DNA of 64,000 bases from Geosiphon pyriformis uo1 (Eukaryota; Fungi; Glomeromycota): contig JAAOMT010000029.1 in the NCBI GenBank assembly GCA_016748015.1, positions 422,896-486,895 on the forward strand. The letters run 5' to 3'. Positions 11,608-24,140 of this stretch are shown piece by piece. The notes below the pieces were generated by a model. The model had not been told where the DNA came from. It did not search any database and saw only the letters and a list, made by a program, of their open reading frames with translations. The translations under genes were made by a program, and so were the position numbers. Each line of letters starts with the position of its first letter. Within the stretch, counting starts at the first letter, position 1.

Positions 11608-12534
11608 TGTTACTCATAGAATATAAAAAATATAGTATTATTAGTTAGTAGATATTAGTCAATCAGATGTAAACACAGTAAATGTGGAATTCCAAGATTT
11701 CTCTCAGAGAAATTGCAAGATTCCAGGAATTTCAGGATTCTTCAACAAGGAATCACAGAATTCCAGAATTCCAGGATTCCTCTTATCAGGAATCGCAGGA
11801 TTCCAGAAATTCCAGAATTTCTGTCACAAGGAATTGAGGAATTGAGGAATCTCAAATATGTATATATAGTAGTAGCATTAGAAGCAGAAAAGACAGAATT
11901 GACACCAAAAATCCTTAGCTTAGTTACTACAATCCTCAAATAAATAATTATTCACTATATCAAATTCATTCTTTACTATCAACACTTTATGTTGATAGTA
12001 ACTAATACTTAACTATACTAGAACAATAGCTCTTGATCATGGCTATTGACGGGATACTAACTTGCAAATTGTCTTGGCTTATTTCTTATTTTCTCTTTTA
12101 TCTTTTTTTATTTTCTTTGTTGTTTACTAACTTGATTAAAGGATTTACTCTTGGAGAACTTACGGAGGAATAAAACTTATTTAAAAATACTTATTCTTGG
12201 AAGACTTACAGAGGAATAAACTTGCTTGAAACAATACTTACTCTTGGAGGACTTATGGAGGAACTAACATCAGAAAACCATACTGGTATACACTTATGGA
12301 GGATATCATACCAGAAGAATCATCAACCATCAAACTGAGCAAGCAATCGGCAAAACTATGGTGCCAAGAAACTACTGATAAACTGTTACCATTGAATCTC
12401 TATCCATTATACAAAGAACTCAATTGGAAAACCTTCAGATAAAATACCTTCAGATTATTATCGTCACCAATTGTCTTGAGCACCAAGTTATGGGTTTGTT
12501 ATTTACTTGACATTCCAAAGAATCACCTGTAATA
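11608..12534 (+). repeat. B1 5' LTR
   Basis: Repeated at 20960-21886, 27013-27939 and 46456-47383. Confidence 0.96.
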
Positions 12535-12536
12535 TT

Positions 12537-12553
12537 TGGTGCTCCCTGTGAGG
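12537..12553 (+). promoter_or_regulatory. B1 primer-binding site TGGTGCTCCCTGTGAGG (probably tRNA-Ile UAU)
   Basis: Starts with TGG 2 nt after the LTR; resembles the complement of eukaryotic tRNA-Ile(UAU) 3' ends. The tRNA identity is inferred. Confidence 0.85.
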
Positions 12554-12593
12554 TATAATTCTACAGAGAACCAGCACCAACACAAATCCAAAC

Positions 12594-15500
12594 ATGGCAG
12601 AATCAGAAATTATAGAAGCCAACCACTTAGGATTTGCAAAAGTCTTGTTTCAACAATACAGCCAACTATTAGGATTAAACAATAATCACTACCCTGCCAA
12701 ATCAGTCTTTAACTATTACGTTAATAATAAAATCACAGACTGTTTAGGAGGAACAGTTAATATTAAGTCAGCAAGAGAAAATTTCTATATAGAATTATTT
12801 TAACACACTAGCTTACCAAGAAATCACAGTTTTGCCCCAATCATCAGGGAAATTAATCAAACCATTGAAAGATACATGCAACAACAATTTCTCATTACCT
12901 ATGCAGACAAAGATAAAGAAAGAATACAAACACTAGCAGCAACACCAAAAGAAATACAGTTACCTAGTTGGAAGAAACACAGAGTAGAATCACCAACCAT
13001 TCCATCATATCACTATACACTTGGAAGCGCCATCAACATTTCATCAGCAGATGTATTCACCTCAAACGCAACATCAACATTTGGAAGATTTCAGTTCTAA
13101 AGTAAACAATGGAAAGAAGACTTACTAGGACCATACAGAGTGTATTTTGAAGGATTTAAATCACAATCTCCAATGCCATCAAGAATTTGATCACCAATAC
13201 CCCAACAAGATTTTGGAGCTGCTACTCCATGGGAATTATCAGAGGAAGAAGAGGAAGGAAGTGAGGATCAAAGATTCATCTACCAAAACCCAATCTCAGA
13301 AAACCCGGAATTCAAAACCCCAAATTTTCAAATCCTAATAAACCCAAATTTAGAAAATCCAGAAAACACAACTCCAAATATTCAAATACTACAAAACCCC
13401 AAACAAATTAATCAGAATAACTTACCTCCGAATATTGTCATTGATTAACCACCAATTGATCTAATAGCCAAACCTATACACCAACCCATCCAACAGCCGC
13501 ATCAACCAAATCAACCACTCCTTCAGCAACCTGCTCAACAGCCACTTCAACCACCACCACAACAACTTCAACAACCTGTGCAGCAACAAATGGTATGCAC
13601 CTATAGCCAAACTTGAAAAATTTACTGGCAACAAAGATGATACACAAACATGGATAAATGATGTTATCAAAGCAATCGTCGCCAATAATTGGGACAATGC
13701 CAGAGCCCTTCAAGCGATCTTCTATTTTCTCCAAGATACTACGAATGCATGGTATCAGAGTTTAGTTGCCCCACCACAAACATTTCAACAGTTCAAAACT
13801 GAGTTTCTGAGATATTTTAGCAATAATAATAGCATCAACAGATTAGCCAACACCTTCAACACTATTAAACAAGAAGACACTGAAGCAGTCACCACTTACT
13901 TGGGATGCTTCTATAAAAATTTGCATCAGATTCAGGCCATTGAAGCTAACTACTTCACAGCACCACAAATTTTAAATCAGTTTATTAGAGAATTGCACAG
14001 CAGCATTTTTCAATGGGTATGTCCAATACACCCAGCCAACCTACCAACTGCAGTCACACACACTAAAGATTTTGAAGCTACAGAACTCGAGGCTAACCAT
14101 GTCCAAACCATTAACCTAGTGATGAATGGATCATCTGAATTGGACTCCAAATTGAAACAATTCAGTGATTCAATTAATCAGAAATTGGAAGGATACTTAG
14201 CTGACAATCATGCAATTTATCAACTACCTCAATGACACAGCAATCCAAGAAACTACAATCATTCCCAAAATTAAGCACATCTCTCAACATTGGCCAATCA
14301 GCAGTGGCAGCCAGAGATGCATGTCTGTTACAACTGTGGTAAACAAGGGCACATCAGAGCAAACTGCAATGCTTATAACCATTCGCGATTGGGAAATCAA
14401 TATAGAAACTCTGATCATTAATTTTAAACTCTGAGATATTAACAAAATCAGGAACAATATCAACCCGCTTACCTGTCAGTAATGCAGCCAATGTATCAAA
14501 TACCTACACTAGTATATCAAACTCTGATTTATCAATCACAGCTGCAAATAATATATCAACTGCAGCCACAAATTATCTATCAACCCCAACCAATTCAAAC
14601 ACCACCCCAGAACCCAGCTTAAATGACATCAGGCAACCCTCAATCCAAAGTCACTCAAAATTAAAGATTGGTGATGGTTGTTCATTAACCAGTCTCCAGT
14701 TTATTAAACCCACAATTAGGATCATGTCCACGGAATTTGGATACCGGTCATGCCCAAAACCCAAATTCCCAACACTATTTAAGTCTCCTGGTTACCCTAG
14801 AAGACACCACATCCAACAAACTGGAACCCAATCAGCAATTACTTACCAACACAATTCCACCAGCAACCATTTTCAATGACAAATCTCTAGCAGTTATCTT
14901 TTCTTTTGAACTCAAAGAAACCACACTAGTACCATTATTTAATGGAGCCGCCTCGAAGAAAAACTCATCACAGCAATGTACATGGATGCCAGAGTTGATG
15001 GTCATCTCATCAAACTCATCCTAGATAGTGGATCAGTTGGCAGCATTATTACAAGACAGCTCATGGATCAATTAGATCACCGAGTTGATTGAGCTGCCAG
15101 TGCCAGAGTCATCACAGCCGATGGAGCAACCAAAACTCTAATCGGCAAAATTGACCATTTCCCTTTTGAAGTTAATGGCATTGTGACTCCCATTAAAGTT
15201 TTAGTAATAGAAGCCACTCAATACCAAGCTCTCGTTGGTAATGACTGGCTATCCAAAGTCAACATGATGTTAAACTGAAACACCCAGGAACTCTAGTTAA
15301 CATATCAAGGCCAACACATACATGTACCAGCCACGTGTGGCCACTTCAAGACTCCTCTAAGAGAGAAACTATTGATTGAACTGGAGGAGGCAAAAGAGAA
15401 ACCTATTTGGGAAGCTTACCAAGTCTCCTGGGCTGATGCTGACCACAATAAACTACCACCCATACTATCATGGGACGACAAAAAAAAAAGAAAAAAGAAG

Positions 15501-18500
15501 AAAAACTTACCTGGGGAACAAATTAGGGATCTTGAAATGATGACAACCAAAGTAAACCAACCACAGAATGGACTTGGGAAGAGAAAAAAAAAGGGAAGGA
15601 ACAAAAAGAAGAGCCAACACAATCTATTACCTCTACATATATCTCATATTCTACACAACTTCAGGCCATCTACCGTTGACCTAAACTTGAATGCATCACT
15701 TGCAGTAAGAAATTGTCGACAATGGGTGCATGTTGTGACAACAACAAAAACTGGCAGACAGCAACACGATACTATTGTTGTCTATGTGTTATTGAATGCA
15801 ATGGCCGACCACTAAAAATAGGAAAATGAGACAATACACCATACCTAGCATGCGGAGAAACATTTCTGGATAAAGGAATATGAAATGACATTCCAGGACA
15901 AGAAGGAACGTGCAATGAAACATGCCAGTACACAATCCTAATAAATGATTGGGTACAAAAAGGGACCTCAATCCATGACGCATAGAAACAAGCCTTAAGA
16001 CGTTTGAAAGGCTACCCATATAATGAACATAAGATCTGGAAAATGGCATATGCAATGACAAAAGGAGCTACAGCCAGTAAGTTGCGGGAAATCAAAACCA
16101 ATCCATTATCTCTCCCAGAGCCAGAATATGTTGCAATGTTTGACATTTTTGGCAATGTTAAGGACAATTCCGAGGAATTTCATGAACACTACTAATGACT
16201 AGCACCCACAAGAAAAGAACAAAAAGAGTGGTTAACACAGCTAAACACTCAATTATGTGATCACTGTTTGATCTCATGTGACTTTCAATATTGTAATAAG
16301 TGTGATCTCATTTACAATCCACCAATTTGCATGATCTACACGATTCCAGAGGAAGAAGAACCAATCAGCAGCTGTGCATCAGAATCAGGATCACTGTTTG
16401 ATCCTGATTTAAACTCTGACAATGATAACGACGAAAACACTGGTTCCAGCTCCATTCAATATGACAACAACAACAATACTGATTCCAACTCAGATTCAAA
16501 CTCTGATACAAAATACGAATAATATATCGCAATCCCTGACCTCACCAGGGAATTGGAACTAAAATGGTTCAGCAATAATGATAAGAGTATCATGCCTGAA
16601 CATGTGCATAATATTGATGCTGGATTTGATCTGAGATATCCAGGAAAAAAGGCCATCAAATTGGAACCACATTCACACACCTGCATTGATCTGAAAGTAG
16701 CACTAGAAATTCCAGCAACAACAATGGTTCAATTAGCATCTAGGAGTAGTTTAGCAAAAAGAGAGATTAATATAAGAGGAGGAATAATTGACGTGGAATA
16801 TGTAGGAAATATCATTGCTATGTTACAAAATGACTCAAAAAAAGCCTATATAATAGAACCCAACAAAAAGATAGCACAGGCAATATTCTTGCTTCTGGTT
16901 AGAGTAGCTCAGTTAATATCAGTGGGAAAAAAAAAGGAATTAGGAATAACAGCGAAAGGAATACAGGGATTTGGATTAACAGGTAGAATAGATTTGCCAA
17001 TTAATATGACAGAAGAAGAAATTGTTGGCCAAGGAGAAATTATCTCAACTAGTTAAGCAATTTCCATTCCACTATATGACCAGTACATGATAACAATAGA
17101 GAGGGAGGTAAAAGACCAAGCACAAATTTTTGAAGCAGAAGCAAGTCTTTGTGAATCAGAAGAAGTTGGACTTATCAATCTTTACATACCAGCCAAGAAC
17201 TATAACCACATCAAAATTCCTATTTACAACAACACCAGAAATGTTGTCAATATACTGGAAAGAACCATCATCAGATATTTGACTACAGAAATAGAGGATC
17301 AACCATTAAGCACCATTCTAGACTTTCCACAACTTTGTGGATATGTCAATATCACATCACAAATAATATACGGATAAAGTGAATGTTATTTGCTCCAACC
17401 AGAACAGTTGGAACAAATGAACATGAGAAACTTAGATCCACTCTAACATATGCAACTTAAGATGTTGCTCAACAATTTCAATAACATCTTTGCCAATGAA
17501 AACGAGTTTGGCTGAACTGACATTATCCAGCATCAGATCAAGACTGAAAATACAATGCCAATTAAACAAAGAGCATACAGAGTACCACCAGCCAGCCATG
17601 AGATTATCCGTCAAAAGATAAACCAAATGCTTGACAATAGGTTAATTCAGCCATCAATGAGCCCATGGTCATTACCAGTGGTACTTGTCTGGAAAAAAAA
17701 TGGGAAAATTTGCTTTTGTGTAGATTATAGAAAACTCAATAGAATAACTCATGAAGATAGTTACCTCACTCCACAGATCCAAAAATTATTTGACACTTTT
17801 GGTGGAAACAAATGGTTTTCAACATTAGATCTAGACAGTGGTTACTGGCAAGTAGCCATGGATCCAGCCGACAAAGAGAAAATGGCATTCACCACAAGGG
17901 AAGGGAATTTTGAATTTGAAGTAATGCCATTCAGTTTAACCAATGCCCCAGCAACTTTTCAATGGCTAATGGAAATCGTTTATACTGGCTTATTGTGAAA
18001 ATCAGTAGTTGTATACTTGGACAACACCAATGTATTCTCAAAAACATTTGATGATTATCTCTATCATCTTTAACAAGTGTTCGAAAAATTAAGAAGAGCA
18101 GGACTAAAGTTAAATGCAACAAAGTGCTTCTTTGGCAAGACAAAACTAAAATTCTTGGGACACATAGTCAGCAAAGATGGCATCAAAACAGATCCAGAGA
18201 AAATAGAGATAGTAAAGAACTTTCCAGTGCCAACTGATATGACAGAACTGAAATCATTCTTGGGATTCACCAGCTACTATTGATATTTTATCAAGAACTT
18301 TTCCAAAATAGCACAGCCACTCAACCAACTGCAAACCAAGAATACAAAATATGAATAGACAGAAAGTCAACAAGAAGCTTTTAATATTCTGAAAAGAAAG
18401 CTCATTCAAGCTCCAGTACTAATCTATCCAGATCACAGCAAACCATTCATTATCACCACTAATGCATCCGGCCAAGCATTGGAAGCAATATTATCTCAGA

Positions 18501-18817
18501 GAAGACCAGACGATAGAGAACATTCAGTAGTATATGCTAGCAGAGGTTTAACACCAGCCAAAAAGAACTATAGAACACCAGAGCAAGAACACTTAGCAAT
18601 ATACTGAGCAGTCATGAAATAGAAAGAATACTTGAGCCAGAAGTTTGAAGTATACACAAATCACAAAGGACTAACATTACTTCAAAAACAAGAATTTGGA
18701 GATGGAAGACAGTTAAGATGGAAAATGGCACTCACACCATATAATTATACTATACATTATAAAAAGGGAAAAGACAACAAAAATACTGACGGTTTGTCAT
18801 GAATGAGACAAATTTAA
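12594..18817 (+). pseudogene. B1 gag-pol (gag, CCHC, protease, Cys-rich domain, dUTPase, RT, RNase H)
   Basis: CYNCGKQGHIRANC; LILDSGS; FCVDYRKLN; FSTLDLDSGYWQV; YLDN; RNase H ending TDGLS(R)MRQI-TAA. Many premature stops and homopolymer frameshifts. Confidence 0.92.
16553..16985 (+). pseudogene. dut: dUTPase domain within B1 pol
   Basis: Five trimeric-dUTPase motifs: AGFDL, RSSLA, GIIDxxYxG, KIAQ, GIQGFG. Confidence 0.93.
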
Positions 18818-18879
18818 GAACATTTCAACCCAAAAATATAACAAAACCAGAACAATACCAACGAAAAATATAACAAAAG

Positions 18880-20263
18880 ATGAACATACAAAAATATCAA
18901 CAACTGCAATATTATATAAACACTCAACAGTTCAAGGAGAATTTATCTCAAACAGAACAAAAAAGTATTAAACAACAATCAAAATATTTTATTACTCACC
19001 AAAATATACTTTATCAGAAAAATAGAAGAGATCTAGAGCAACCAACCAGAGTAATTACAGAGCCAGAAAAAAAGACAATATTATTTAACATGCACTCAAA
19101 TCCAACAGCAGAACACTTTCACAAAGAAGCAACCATAGAAAGAACCAGAAAAAGATACTATTGGCCATCAATGTATCCAGACATCATCCAATATGTTCAA
19201 AATTGTGATGCTTGTCAGCGAAAAAGAGATATGAAACCCAGTAAACTATTAAGACCAATCAAAGTAAGACAACCATTTGATTGTATTGGAATTAATTTAG
19301 TCAGACTATTAACAATTACCAGTGGAGGAAACAGGTACATAGCAGTAATCATAGACTATCTTACTAAATGATCAGAGATAAAAGCAATTCAAAGAGCAGA
19401 TGCAGAATTCATTGCCAAATTTGTTCATTAAGATTTAATTTGTCAACATGGATGTCCAAAGAAATTATTATCAGACCAAGGAACTCATTTTGTGAACAGA
19501 ACATTAACAGAATTGAGCCAAAAATTCGGAATTAAGAGACCACTATCATCACCATACTATCCACAAACCAACGGATTAGTCGAAAGATTCAACAAAACAT
19601 TGTATAAAACAATAGCTAAACTCAGCCAAGAAAATCAGAATGATTGGAATTTGTTGATACCATCAGTACTATTTGCTTATCAGACAATAAAGCAAGATAT
19701 TACACAAGCAACACTATTTGAATTAGTATATGATAAAACAGTAACACTACCAGTAAAAATAGAAGTCAGCACATACCCAACCGAACCAATAACAGAAGAG
19801 AATTTCAAAAACACATTGTTGAAAAAAACATATGACTTAATAGAAACATTAGAAAACAAATGACAAAGAGCAGCTGATAACATATAAAAGTCACAAAAGA
19901 AACAAAAAGAAAGACATGATAACCAACTACCAGATAAACCAGTTGAATTCAGGATTGGAGACAAAGTACTACTACATCGTACCAAAGCGGAAAAAAACAA
20001 TAGAGTGGAAAATTTGACCCCAAATGGAATGGATTATTTCACATATAAAAATTCTAGGAAATAGAGCTTACAAATTAAAATTGAATAACAAAATCTTAAC
20101 CAAAGCAGCACATAAAGATTAACTGAAACCATACCACCATATAGCATTATTATCCACCAGTAATATTCCACAATTAGGAGTACAGAGAATACTAGTCTAA
20201 CCAGATGAGATTCCACGAGATTTGGAACCAATCATTATCATTGACAATAACATGTCCAATTGA
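18880..20263 (+). pseudogene. B1 integrase, separate ORF
   Basis: ATG 18880 MNIQKYQQLQYY; H-H-CDACQ; DDE core; YYPQTNGLVERFN. Frame differs from RT-RH. Confidence 0.9.
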
Positions 20264-20286
20264 TCGACAAAAAAATATATAAGAAC

Positions 20287-20946
20287 ATGATTGACGTGAC
20301 AGAAGAAATCAGAAAAATGGAAATTACGGACAATATCTATTCACTAGTCCAACAAATTTTTCAATTAATCCAACACCAGGAAATGGAAATTACAATCAAT
20401 CAACAAACCATTCGTTACAAAAATATAACAAAAATACCACAAAATAAAGCACAGAAAAGACTTGAAAATGTTGTTGACAAGATCATGACCAAGATAAAAT
20501 TGGCCATAAAAAAACAGCAAATAGTTAGATTACACCCAGAACTTACCAGAGAAACTTGGACTTGGTAAACACAACAATTTCTGAAAAATTATTGTTATTT
20601 TTACTTGGGACAACACGTGAATATCCAAAACTTATATATAGATAAAACAAAGCAATTATTCGACACAACAATACTACAACAACTAGAACATTTTGTGGGG
20701 AAAAACAACTTATCCACACAAGCTCAAGCTATATATCAAATACACACAGCATTTTAGGATTGACCAGGAATCCTACTCAACAAAGCAATGGATACAGTTA
20801 CCAGTAATCAATTGGGAAAAATTACCAATGCTCAATTTAAAGAATTACAGACTCAAATAACACAAGTAATTCTCGAAAACAAAATTCAGAAAATACTTCA
20901 AGAGAGAGAATTAGAAGAATTAGATTTTGACAGAGCTCAATATTAA
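20287..20946 (+). pseudogene. B1 accessory ORF3
   Basis: Single frame to TAA at 20944-20946 abutting the PPT; internal stops are C>T type; homologous to B2 and C ORF3. Confidence 0.7.
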
Positions 20947-20959
20947 AAAGAGAGAATAA

Positions 20960-21886
20960 TGTTACTCATAGAATATAGGAAATATAGTATTATTAGTTAG
21001 TAGATATTAGCCAATTAGATGTAGACGTAGTAAATGTGGAATTTCAAGATATCTCTCAGAGGAATTGCAGAATTCCAGAAATTTTAGGATTCTCTGACAA
21101 AAAATTGCAGGATTCTAGAATTCCAGGATTTTTCTCATCAGGAATCACAGAATTCCAGAAATTCCAGAATTCCTGTTGCAAGAAATTGAGGAATTGAGGA
21201 ATCTCAAATATGTATATATAGTAGTAGTATTAAAAGCAGAAAAGACAGAATCAACACCAAGAATCCTTAGCTTAGTTACTACAATCCTCAAATAAATAAT
21301 TATTCACTATATTAAATTCATTCTTTACTATCAACACTTTATGTTGATAGTAACTGATATTTAACCATACTGAAACAATAGCTCTTGATCACAGCTATTG
21401 ACGGGATACTAACTTGCAAATTGCCTTGGCTTATTTTTTATTTTCTCTTTTATCTTTTTTTATTTTCTTTGTTGTTTACTAACTTGATTAAAGGATTTAC
21501 TCTTGAAGGACTTACGGAGGAATAAAACTTATTTAAAAATACTTACTCTTAGAGGACTTACAGAGAAATAAACTTGCTTGAAACAATACTTACTTTTGGA
21601 GGATTTATGGAGGAACTAATGTCAAGAAATCACATTGGTATACACTTACGGAGGATATTGTACCAGAAGAATCATCAATTATCAAGCTGAGCAAGCAATT
21701 GGCGAAACTATGGTGCCAGGAAACTACTGATAAACTGTTACCATTGAATCTCTGTCTATTATACAAAGAATTCAATTGGAAAACCTTCAGATAAAATACT
21801 TTCAGATTATCATCGTCACCAATTGCCTTAAGCACCAAGTTACGGGTTTGTTATTCACTCAACACCCCAAAGAATCACCTGTAACA
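20960..21886 (+). repeat. B1 3' LTR (preceded by PPT AAAAAGAGAGAATAA)
   Basis: Direct repeat of the 5' LTR; TGTTAC...GTAACA termini. Confidence 0.96.
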
Positions 21887-21890
21887 GCAT

Positions 21891-22604
21891 AATAAAATAG
21901 AAAATTCCAGAATTTTTTTCAGAGAATTGCAGAATTCCAAAGAATTTCATATAACATAAATTATATATATATATAGCAAAAGTATTAAAAGCAGAAAAAA
22001 TAATTCCAGGAGAATTCAATAGAGTTCAAATTAATTTAGAACAATATTTCTTTTTTCAAAAGATAGTTTTTTATAACTTGAAATAGAATTATTCTTATAT
22101 TAATAAAATTATCTATTATTATTAAATCTATGTTATTATTACTTGATTAAAGAAATATTAATTTATTTTACTCTATTAACATTTTATGTTAATAAAATCC
22201 AATACTTAACTATACTGGACCAATAGTCTTTGATTATAGCTATTAACAGAATATTAATTTTTTATTTTTTTTCTTATTTTTTTTTAATTTCTTGTATTTT
22301 TTTTTGTTTTGTTTTTTTGTTGTTTACTAATTGATTAAAAAAATTAAGCACTAAATATTTAACATTAAGAATAATTTGGTAAAAGATCTAAGAACAAGAA
22401 TAGCTTATTAAAAAGACAACTGTTAGAATAAACTGGTTACTATACTGAAAAAAAAAATTCACAAAAGAAATTATTAATTGAATCTCTGTTCATTATACAA
22501 AAGACTTAATCAAAATCTTCAAAAATTACCAACATTACCAGCTATTGAGCACTACGTTATGGATTTGTTATTTGCTTTAACACCCCAAATAATTACTTAT
22601 AACA
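21891..22604 (+). repeat. Solo LTR D, right part
   Basis: B-related LTR motifs; ends aattacttataaca; followed by atat (decayed TSD, cf. gcat at 11543-11546). Confidence 0.65.
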
Positions 22605-22608
22605 ATAT

Positions 22609-23775
22609 ACAACAAAAATAATATAGACTTTATTAAATTAATTCTTTGCTTTTTTGCTTAATTTGCTTCTTTGTTTAAAATTAATTCAGTAAACAATTTT
22701 AAAACTTTTAGAATTGGTTCTTAAATAAATATTTAGTAGAAACTTATATAGTTTATATTATATATTATTTTGATCTAGTTTATTTTGAAAATATTTTTAA
22801 AACAGAAAAAAAAAGTTACCAAATTGCTTTTATTTTAAACTTTTTTTAAGTAAATTAAATTTTTATATAAAACAATAATTTTTAAATCAATAGTTAATAA
22901 CTTAATACAACCAAACATTTTAAATATTTTACAAAACATATAAACTGCCTTAAAATAAAAAACAATATTTTACTATTTTTATTTAGAGATAATATATAAA
23001 ATCTAATTGAATGATTAAATAACTTCAAAAAAACTATAATTATTAACTAATACAATACTGAATACAAGTTTTAAATTGTTAATAGCTATTTTTAAGCTTT
23101 TTTTGCCATATAATTTTTACAAAAAATTAATATTAGTATATAAAAAAAAATTACAAGATAAATATTAATACAAGTTAAAAAAAAAATACTTTTTTTATTA
23201 TTTAATTTAAACTTAAGTTTAGAATTCTAATCTTGATTTTTAAATAATATATAAAATTAAAAAAAAGAATTCAAGATCTTGGTAAAGTTGTACTTAAGTA
23301 TGCCAAAACTATAAGAAAGTTAATTAAATAAGTAAATATTAAAAAAATTGGACTAAAAAACAAAAAATTTACTCTTATATAAAAAGATTAAAAATTGATT
23401 TGTTATATGCTTTTTGGTTTTTTTTTGGCTTTAAAAAATAATGACATAATAAATATAGCTATTGAATTTGCCCAAAAAATTGAAAATAATCAGAAAATAT
23501 ATTTGAAATCTATATTTTTAATCTTTAATTTTGCTTTTGTTTTGATTTTAGCTCTTTAAATAGCTGCTACTTTTTTTGTTATTTAAACTTAAGATTTAAA
23601 TAAACAACTTATAAACAAACTTATAGCTAATTTTATCCAATTATTAAAATCATTAATCCAAACTGTAAAAAAAAACCAACAGTTTCAAAAATCCAAGTTT
23701 GAGCTTTAATTTAATTAATTTTAATAACTATCTTATTAAAAACAAAAAAATTATAATTTATCTGTATTGTTATAG
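22609..23775 (+). pseudogene. A2 gag relic (continuation of 10904-11546)
   Basis: Colinear with element A ~3095-4398 (e.g. gctattgaatttgcccaaaaaattgaaaataatcag vs gccattgaacttgcccaacaaattgaagacaaccaa). Confidence 0.8.
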
Positions 23776-23822
23776 AAGTTTATTTTCTTTAAAAATTATA
23801 CTATAATTAATTTTTAATATAG

Positions 23823-24125
23823 TATTACTAGTAGAATTTTAGCCATTAAATTGGCATAAAAATATCTTTATAATTTTTATTATTAATTAACATATATTTA
23901 TATTGTTTTAATTATTACTTATTACTTAATCAAATTATTGAATATTGCTATTTAATTAATAACTCAATTTGTATAACAAAAATTAGAATAATCAAAATTA
24001 CATAATATTTCGAATTATATAACATACAAGAATTTGTTAAAATTTGTAGAAATTTTTCAAAATAATAAACAGTTTACCAAAATAGTTAATAGTTTATCAA
24101 AATAACTTGTAGTTTAATAAAATAT
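23823..24125 (+). repeat. Partial LTR of family E, cut off at LINE L2
   Basis: Colinear with 48819-49100. Confidence 0.75.
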
Positions 24126-24140
24126 ATATATATATATATT

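Larger units (their letters stand above)
11608..21886 (+). mobile_element. Ty3/Gypsy LTR retrotransposon, family B copy B1 (dUTPase-bearing), full length, decayed
   Basis: 927-bp LTRs, perfect TSD GCAT (11604-11607/21887-21890), PBS, PPT, gag-PR-dUT-RT-RH / IN / ORF3. Confidence 0.97.

Noticed and set aside
11713-11943. Recurrent 65-94 aa ORFs in family-B LTRs (also 27118, 27147, 46503)
   Set aside because: By-products of the ~9-bp repeat array, open on both strands, with no coding signature.
12537-12553. tRNA gene
   Set aside because: Only a 17-nt complement of a tRNA 3' end (PBS); no cloverleaf.
16553-17056. Host dUTPase gene
   Set aside because: Lies between paired LTRs, and in B2 is in frame with RT; it is element-encoded.
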